NCBI GenBank assembly: GCA_964570285.1
Contig: CAZMXP010000010.1
Span: 10,512 to 74,511, forward strand
Direction: 5' to 3'
Origin: an uncultured Planctomycetaceae bacterium
GTDB taxonomy: Bacteria > Planctomycetota > PLA2
DNA: 64,000 bases
Part shown: piece by piece, positions 57,974 to 64,000 of the stretch
How positions within the stretch are numbered: position 1 is the first letter of the stretch
Layout of the letters: every line of letters starts with the position of its first letter
Notes under the pieces: generated by a model
The model's database searches: none
Seen by the model: the letters and a program-made list of their open reading frames with translations, nothing else
Told to the model about the DNA's origin: nothing
Made by a program: the position numbers and the translations under genes

Positions 57974-60421
57974 CTATCTCGCGGCCTCCGGCTCCACAGG
58001 AATCCGGACCGTCGCCTCGGCGATGGTCTCGCGGGAGACATCGACCGTCGCGGTCAGTTCGCGCCCTTCGTGCTTGAGGACGAGGATCAGGGGGCCCGGG
58101 GGCAGGTCGGGGATCAAGTACTCGAAGTGGCCGGGGGCCACCGCGGTGGGCCACTCCAGATCCGGCCAGAGAGTGACGCCGGTGGCCGGGTCGCGAAGCG
58201 ACAATCGGAACTCGTCGCCCACGAACGCCGGATCACATCGCACGGTCAGTTTCGCCTGTGCCGCCGCCTCGAGCACGATCCGGAGTTCGTCCGCAGTTTC
58301 CAGCGGGTAGATCTTCGTCCCATATCCCTTTCGCACGGCGACAAGGTGGACCGCCCCCCTCGCCGGCACACGCACGCGGAAGGTGCCGTCCTTCCTCGTG
58401 TAGCTCTCGGCCTCGGATTCGTAGACCTCGACGAGAACGCCCCCGAGTCCCCTGCCATTCGCATCGACGACGCGCCCTCTGACGAAGCGCGGTGCCGTTA
58501 GGGTATGCGTGCCGATGTCGAGGGTCTCGCCAGCCCGTGCCACGCATGTGCCGAGGCGCTCCCTGTTCCTGAACTCCTCCTCCGCATCGACGGCCACGGT
58601 TCCAGGCGCGACTCCGGAGATCGTGAATTCGCCTGACTTGTTGACTTCCGCACGACACTGGCCGATGACGGCGAACGCACCGTCGGCTGGCGACCCATCG
58701 AAGCGCAGGATCCGCCCCCGAACGCGCGCCGCCGGCCTCATCCGGACCTCGAGAACGGCGCCCTGGGCGGGGATCGACCGGTCGGCCCTCTCGAAGGTGA
58801 CGTAGCCCTCGGCCGTGACTTTGAAGCAACAGAAGCGGGTGCCCAGAGTATTGACAGCCAGCCGCGCACCCTCACTTCCCGTCTCGATGACCTCCATTCC
58901 CCAGACGGTGCCTCGGACGCATGGTGTCACGGACGAGGGCAACGGCTCACCCTCCGGACCGCGGATCCGCACGTCGAAGGTCAGCGCGTCAAGCAGTTGG
59001 AGATCGGTCGGTTCTGCGCCCGATGCAGCCACGGTCGGCAGCGTGACGATCGGTCCCATCCGTCCGTGAGGCAGATCCGATCTCACGATCGCTCTGACCG
59101 GTGTTCCGGCGGGCTCGGGAAGGCGCAGTTCGACGATTCCGTCGGGCCCGGTGAGGAGCTCACGGGGCGTGGCCTCCGTGTAGCAGCCCCAGTTCGCAAC
59201 TGGCTTCCGGTCACGGTCGAGGATGCGAAGCCGGAGGAAGGAGAGGGCGGGAGTCTTGAGTTGCAGTGTCACTCGAGTCTCGATGCCGCCCGCGATCTCG
59301 ATCTGGCTCTCGGCGGCGCAAGCACCATGAACGGCCTTGAGGTCGACCCATCCGGGAGGCCAAGCGGCGATCCTGAAGTGCCCGGACGCGTCGCAGGACG
59401 CCAATAGCGTGTTATCGAGGAAGACCTCGGCTCCCGCTGCGGGCGCGCCCCCAGGAAGGAGGACCTCACCGGCGAGCGAAGCGAATCTGTCGAGGACGAT
59501 CCTCGCGTCAGACTCGCCGGAGATTGCTGCGATCTTGCACGGAGGGTAGCCCTCGGCCGACACGGATAGCTCGAGCCTGCCCGGCCAGAACCCCTCCAGC
59601 CGAAAGCGCCCCTCTGCGTCCGTCCGCACGCTGTGCGGCCACCGCCGATCGAAGTCGATCTCCACCCCGGACACCGGTTGGCCGGCGTCATCCACGACGG
59701 TACCCTCGACGAGGCCACCTTCGCCGAGCGCGATCGGGGAAAGGGGCTCCGCCCCAGAACAGGCGATTAGCCGGTCGGCGTATCCGGTGCATTGAACGAG
59801 CAGGGCCCAATGGGTCTCCGCCTCGATTTCGGCCCAACCATCCGGTCCGGTCCGGTAGCTGGCCAGCGGCTCGTCCGGCCCATCGATCACGCGATTCTCG
59901 ACGAACAAGAGATGGAGGAATGCCCCCTCGATCGGCGCCCCATCTTCGTTCACGACGCGCACATCGAAGCGCACCATCGGCCGCAGCACGAACCTCTCGG
60001 ATTCTCCGCCGGCGAACTCATGATACCCGTCCACCGCGGTCGCGTGACCTGCGAGTGTCACCTCGACGAAGAGGTCGCCCCCCTTCGGCAGCGAGAGCTG
60101 GAAGGCGCCCTCGCTGCCGCTGACGCTCTCGGCGAGCGGAGCGGGCCGCGCGCCGTTGGGAAGGTAGCGGCCCGGGAAGGCGACGATCCGCGCGCCGGGC
60201 AGGGGAGTCTCCTCCTCGTCCACAACAATGCCCGAGAGCCGGCACAGTTGCGGCGCGGCGCGTGCGCTCGCTGGGTCCTGCCCGGAGATGTGCGCCTCTG
60301 CCCCCGCGCCCCCTGATCTTCCGCCGCGAGTGTGTCGCGGGTTGTCCTCTCCACCCCACTTCCACCATGCGAGCGCGAGAAGCAGCAGAAGCAGAAAGAG
60401 ACCGGCGAGCCGCGCAGCCAT
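57974..60421 (-). CDS. Large secreted CarbopepD_reg-repeat protein (paralog 3), N-terminal signal anchor
   Basis: ATG at revcomp 60419-60421 gives MAARLAGLFLLLLLLALAWW; repeats GIVVDEEETPLPGARIVAF, GTVVDDAGQPVSGVEIDF, GRVVDANGRGLGGVLVEV and similar. Confidence 0.65.
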   Translation of the reverse strand: MAARLAGLFLLLLLLALAWWKWGGEDNPRHTRGGRSGGAGAEAHISGQDPASARAAPQLCRLSGIVVDEEETPLPGARIVAFPGRYLPNGARPAPLAESVSGSEGAFQLSLPKGGDLFVEVTLAGHATAVDGYHEFAGGESERFVLRPMVRFDVRVVNEDGAPIEGAFLHLLFVENRVIDGPDEPLASYRTGPDGWAEIEAETHWALLVQCTGYADRLIACSGAEPLSPIALGEGGLVEGTVVDDAGQPVSGVEIDFDRRWPHSVRTDAEGRFRLEGFWPGRLELSVSAEGYPPCKIAAISGESDARIVLDRFASLAGEVLLPGGAPAAGAEVFLDNTLLASCDASGHFRIAAWPPGWVDLKAVHGACAAESQIEIAGGIETRVTLQLKTPALSFLRLRILDRDRKPVANWGCYTEATPRELLTGPDGIVELRLPEPAGTPVRAIVRSDLPHGRMGPIVTLPTVAASGAEPTDLQLLDALTFDVRIRGPEGEPLPSSVTPCVRGTVWGMEVIETGSEGARLAVNTLGTRFCCFKVTAEGYVTFERADRSIPAQGAVLEVRMRPAARVRGRILRFDGSPADGAFAVIGQCRAEVNKSGEFTISGVAPGTVAVDAEEEFRNRERLGTCVARAGETLDIGTHTLTAPRFVRGRVVDANGRGLGGVLVEVYESEAESYTRKDGTFRVRVPARGAVHLVAVRKGYGTKIYPLETADELRIVLEAAAQAKLTVRCDPAFVGDEFRLSLRDPATGVTLWPDLEWPTAVAPGHFEYLIPDLPPGPLILVLKHEGRELTATVDVSRETIAEATVRIPVEPEAAR

Positions 60422-60522
60422 CGGCCTTGATGTTAACTGCGCGATTCTGCGCGCGGAATCCCCCGAAGGGCGCCCCGCCGGCAGGTCTGCGGCGGGGCCC
60501 GCGATTTGCGAACCGGGCCGGG

Positions 60523-61908
60523 ATGGCAACCCTTCCGTGCGTCCTGTTCGGGCTCTTGGTGTTTGGGCAGGTGGCCACGGCCGGCGAGCAAGCCACCCTC
60601 GAAGAGGTGCAGCGCCGGAACGCGCAACTGGAGGAGCGGGTGAGGAGGCTCGAGTCGGCGCAACTCGAAACGGCGATCGAGGAGTATCTCGCGACCAATG
60701 CCGCGTCCGGGGCCGACTCGATCCTGCCGGGGGGGACCTCGATCCGCTTCTCCGGCGAGGTGAGGGTGCGCGGCGAGATCCAGCACCACCTCTACTCGCC
60801 TGAAGATCCGGCCGGCGAGCGGAGCTTCGATCTCGTGCGGCTGCGGACGCGGCTCCGGGTGGACGTCGATGTGACCGAGGATGTCGGAGTGATCGTCGAG
60901 CTGCAGGATGTGCGCCTCTTCGGCGAGGAGGGGAGCACGATCGGAGACCTCGAAGGGCTCGACCTGAAGCGCGGGACGATTCTCGTGAAGAAGATCGGCG
61001 GGGAGCCGCTGTCGGCCGAACTCGGGCGGTTCGTCATGCACTACGGCGACCAGCGCATCATCGGCCACCTCGAGTGGGTCGATCAGGGGCGCACCTACGA
61101 CGGCCTCCGCCTGCACTATCAGCCGGAGCAGTGGTGGTTCGACTTCTTCGCCGTGCGCGTCCGCGAGACGACGCCGCCAGTGACGGACGACGACCAGTGG
61201 TTCGCCGGCCTCTACGGCGGGCGGGGCTGCGTCGAGGCCTATGCGCTGCTCTTCTCCGACGACAAGCCCGCGATGGGCGAGCTCGGGATGGACGACTCGC
61301 GCTTCGTCACCGCCGGGGTGCGGGTGAACCGTACGACCGGGCCGTGGGACTACACCGGCGAGGTGACGGTGCAGACGGGCGACGTGCGGGGCGACGACCT
61401 CGACGCCCTCGGCGTCGCGCTGAAGGGCGGGTACACGTTCGCCGAAGCCGAGTGGCGCCCGCGGGTGGGGCTCGAGGTCGATCTCGCGACCGGGGACGAC
61501 GATCCGGCCGACGGCAGGCAGAAGGGGTTGCAGACGCTCTTCCCGACCAACCACGCGCACTACGGCTTCGCGGACCTCGTCGGGTGGAACAACCTGCTCG
61601 ACCTGCGCGTGACCGCATCCGCGCGCCCGCGCGACAGCCTGACGATCACGCTCGACTTCCACCACTTCCGCCGTCTCGAAGAGCGCGGCCCGTGGGTGAA
61701 CGCGGCCGGCGCGCTGATCCGCCCCGGGCTTGCCGGCAGCGACCGGCACCTCGGCGACGAGATCGACCTGACCTTCACGTGGAAACCGCGCAAGGGACTG
61801 TCGCTGCTGTTCGGGTATTCTCTCTTCCTGCCGGGCGGGTTTGTCACGGCGGGCGGCAGCGACCCGGTGGCGCACTTTGTCTACCTGCAGACGAGCGTGA
61901 ACTTCTGA
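60523..61908 (+). CDS. Outer-membrane beta-barrel protein (alginate-export / porin-like) with N-terminal coiled-coil
   Basis: Signal peptide MATLPCVLFGLLVFGQVATAG; coiled-coil LEEVQRRNAQLEERVRRLE; alternating amphipathic beta-strands; C-terminal aromatic F. Confidence 0.6.
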   Translation: MATLPCVLFGLLVFGQVATAGEQATLEEVQRRNAQLEERVRRLESAQLETAIEEYLATNAASGADSILPGGTSIRFSGEVRVRGEIQHHLYSPEDPAGERSFDLVRLRTRLRVDVDVTEDVGVIVELQDVRLFGEEGSTIGDLEGLDLKRGTILVKKIGGEPLSAELGRFVMHYGDQRIIGHLEWVDQGRTYDGLRLHYQPEQWWFDFFAVRVRETTPPVTDDDQWFAGLYGGRGCVEAYALLFSDDKPAMGELGMDDSRFVTAGVRVNRTTGPWDYTGEVTVQTGDVRGDDLDALGVALKGGYTFAEAEWRPRVGLEVDLATGDDDPADGRQKGLQTLFPTNHAHYGFADLVGWNNLLDLRVTASARPRDSLTITLDFHHFRRLEERGPWVNAAGALIRPGLAGSDRHLGDEIDLTFTWKPRKGLSLLFGYSLFLPGGFVTAGGSDPVAHFVYLQTSVNF

Positions 61909-61918
61909 AGGAGGGCGC

Positions 61919-62452
61919 GTGGCAGAGTCGGATCAACCCCCGGACCGTCGTACGTTTCTCGGCGCCATCTCGACCACCGCGATGGCGGGAGGCCTCGTCG
62001 CCGGCTACGGCACCTTCTTCGGCGTCGCGGGCCGCTTCCTCTACCCCGCGTCGGGCACGAAGACCGGCTGGGTCTTCGTCGCCGACGTCAAGGCGTTCGC
62101 TCAGGGGGAGTCGAGGCCCTTCCGCACGCCAGCCGGTGCCTCCGTGCTGGTCACGCGCCAGGGGTCCGGGGACGGGGCTTCGGACTTCCTCGCGCTCAGC
62201 AGCACCTGCCCCCACCTCGGCTGCCAGGTCCACTGGGAGCCGCAGAACGACCGCTTCTTCTGCCCCTGCCACAACGGCACCTTCGACAAGTCGGGCAAGG
62301 GGACGGGCGGCCCCCCCGGCGACGCGGGGCAGTCTCTTTCGGGATACCCGCTGCGCGTCGAGAGGGGACTGCTCTATATGGAGGTGCCCCTGACGACGGT
62401 CGCGATGGGCGATGGCCACGACCCCTGCCTCCGCACGGAGGGGCTCTCGTGA
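61919..62452 (+). CDS. qcrA: Rieske [2Fe-2S] subunit of a cytochrome bc-type complex, Tat signal
   Basis: RRTFLGA twin-arginine; CPHLGC ... CPCHNG Rieske boxes; GTG start with GAAGGAGG RBS. Confidence 0.85.
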   Translation: MAESDQPPDRRTFLGAISTTAMAGGLVAGYGTFFGVAGRFLYPASGTKTGWVFVADVKAFAQGESRPFRTPAGASVLVTRQGSGDGASDFLALSSTCPHLGCQVHWEPQNDRFFCPCHNGTFDKSGKGTGGPPGDAGQSLSGYPLRVERGLLYMEVPLTTVAMGDGHDPCLRTEGLS

Positions 62453-63492
62453 TCGTCGACTGGTTTCGCGAGCGGCTGCCCATCTCGGGTCGCCAGCTCC
62501 GCGAGCTGACCAACGAACCGGTCCCGAACCACCTGAAGCACTGGTGGTTCTGCCTCGGCGGGACCCCCGCCTACCTCTTCCTGATCCAGATCGTCACGGG
62601 CATCCTGCTCGCGTTCTACTACCAGCCGAGCCCCTCCACGGCGTACGAATCCGTGCGCTACATCACCGAGGAGGCCTCCTACGGCTGGTACATCCGCAGC
62701 CTGCACAAGTGGGCGGCGACCTTCATGATCGCGACGGTGATCCTGCACCAGATGCGCATCTTCTTCACGGGGGCCTACCGGAAACCGCGGGAGATCAACT
62801 GGATCATCGGCATGTTCCTGCTGCTCTGCACGCTGATGCTCGGCTTCACGGGCTACAGCCTCGTCTTCGAGCAGCTCTCCTACTGGGGCGCCACCGTGGG
62901 CGCGAACATCACCGACAGCGTGCCGCTCGTCGGCGGCTTCCTGAAGCGGATGATGCTCGGCGGCGACAGCTACAACGAGCACACGATCTCCCGCTTCTTC
63001 ATCCTCCACGCGGCGGTGCTGCCGGTGGTGATGACGCTGCTGATCGGCATCCACCTGACGATCATCCGGCTGCAAGGGGTCACCGAGTTCGAGTTCGAGG
63101 ACGATCCGAAGGAGGGCCCCAGGCACTTCAACTTCTTCCCCGACCACCTCCTCACGGAGGTGACGATCGGCCTCGTGCTGATGATCCTGCTCTCGTCCAT
63201 GGCGATCCTCTTCCCCGCGACGATGGGGCCGAGGGCCGACCCCCTCAGCACCCCCGAGATCATCAAGCCCGAGTGGTTCTTCTATGTCGCCTTCCGCTGG
63301 CTCAAGCTCTTCCCCGGCACCGTCGCGATCCTGACGACGGGGCTCATCGTCTTCACGATGATCGTCTGGCCCTTCATCGACGGGTGGGTCCGCCGCCGGA
63401 GACCCGCGTCGGAGCTGAGCGTCTGGGTCGGCATCGCGGCGGTGCTGGCCATCATTGGGATCACCGTCTGGGAGGCCTCGGTCGCGCACTGA
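62449..63492 (+). CDS. qcrB: Cytochrome b (fused b6 / subunit-IV type) of bc complex
   Basis: Haem-ligand His in helices B and D (SLHKWAATFMI, FFILHAAVLP); PEWFFY subunit-IV-like motif; 4-nt overlap with qcrA. Confidence 0.85.
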   Translation: MIVDWFRERLPISGRQLRELTNEPVPNHLKHWWFCLGGTPAYLFLIQIVTGILLAFYYQPSPSTAYESVRYITEEASYGWYIRSLHKWAATFMIATVILHQMRIFFTGAYRKPREINWIIGMFLLLCTLMLGFTGYSLVFEQLSYWGATVGANITDSVPLVGGFLKRMMLGGDSYNEHTISRFFILHAAVLPVVMTLLIGIHLTIIRLQGVTEFEFEDDPKEGPRHFNFFPDHLLTEVTIGLVLMILLSSMAILFPATMGPRADPLSTPEIIKPEWFFYVAFRWLKLFPGTVAILTTGLIVFTMIVWPFIDGWVRRRRPASELSVWVGIAAVLAIIGITVWEASVAH

Positions 63493-63503
63493 GTGGAGTT
63501 CGC

Positions 63504-64000
63504 ATGACACTTCGCACCAAGCAATGGATCATCGCCGCCCTCGGCGCGGCCTTTCTCCTCTCGCTGCTCTTCGTGCAGGCGCTCGAGGTCGTGCGCCGGC
63601 GGGAGGAGGCGGGGCTCGCCCCTCACGCGATCGCGGTGCCGGCGAACAGCGCCCAGTGCGTGGACTGCCACGGACAGGCCAACCCGGGCATCATCGAACA
63701 CTGGAAGGGGAGCACGCACGCCGAGAAGGGGGTCGGGTGCGTCGAGTGCCACCAGGCCGCTCCGGGCGAGGCGGACGCGTTCCAGCACTACGGCCAGACG
63801 ATCGCCGCCGTCGTGACGCCGCGGGACTGCAGCCGCTGCCACATGACCGAGTTCGAGGAGTTCGAGCGCAGCCACCACGCGAAGGGGGGCAACATCCTCG
63901 CCTCGCTCGACAACTACCTCGCCGAGACCGTCGAGGGGTTCCGCGGCTTCTTCAATCCGCACTCCCCCACCCCCGGCGACAGCGTCACGACGGTGGACGG
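63504..64000 (+). CDS. Multihaem c-type cytochrome, 3'-truncated by window edge
   Basis: Signal anchor plus CxxCH x3 in the first 130 aa (CVDCH, CVECH, CSRCH). Confidence 0.75.
   Translation, partial: MTLRTKQWIIAALGAAFLLSLLFVQALEVVRRREEAGLAPHAIAVPANSAQCVDCHGQANPGIIEHWKGSTHAEKGVGCVECHQAAPGEADAFQHYGQTIAAVVTPRDCSRCHMTEFEEFERSHHAKGGNILASLDNYLAETVEGFRGFFNPHSPTPGDSVTTVD

Overview
The window is high-GC (about 70%+), and the high GC produces long spurious ORFs on most antisense frames; real genes are usually only a sub-span of one track ORF. Gene content points to a diderm bacterium (LpxB, WaaA, an outer-membrane beta-barrel, several lipoproteins). The many CarbopepD_reg-repeat proteins, sigma54/NtrC signalling, Ser/Thr kinase and c-type cytochromes suggest a Myxococcota- or Gemmatimonadota-like lineage, held with low confidence.

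The backbone is housekeeping: rlmN (3' part), a translationally coupled gatCAB operon, guaA-guaB, saccharopine-dehydrogenase-like oxidoreductase, di-haem cytochrome c peroxidase, a PLP-dependent Cys/Met enzyme, lpxB, waaA, purF, 7Fe ferredoxin, htpX-lemA-cvpA, and a Rieske / cytochrome b / multihaem cytochrome c operon at the 3' edge. Accessory and signalling content is: four giant paralogous secreted CarbopepD_reg-repeat proteins (three full copies plus a lipoprotein and a cytochrome c peroxidase fusion carrying the same fold); an ECF sigma gene followed by lipoproteins and a Ser/Thr kinase with a C-terminal PEGA domain; a DUF58/BatA-like cluster; two tandem sensor kinases divergent from an NtrC-type sigma54 activator that is coupled to an orphan ABC ATPase and a hypothetical protein; and a Usp / APH+P-loop kinase / CBS cluster.

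The most unusual sequence-level signals are non-coding. First, a roughly 400-600 bp lower-GC repeat family with nested inverted repeats occurs four times in intergenic DNA (17765-18172, 21023-21640, 28262-28452 inverted, 45163-45530); it looks like a MITE or structured-RNA element. Second, a small G7-loop-C7 module recurs at gene 3' ends and supplies the last codons and stop of two unrelated genes. Third, a 65-bp direct repeat brackets an inserted Uma2-family endonuclease gene between a convergent kinase and CPBP protease pair. Fourth, a 43-bp tandem repeat (three copies) and a thrice-repeated 15-bp motif lie in the rlmN-gatC spacer. No CRISPR array, rRNA, tRNA or transposase gene was recognised.
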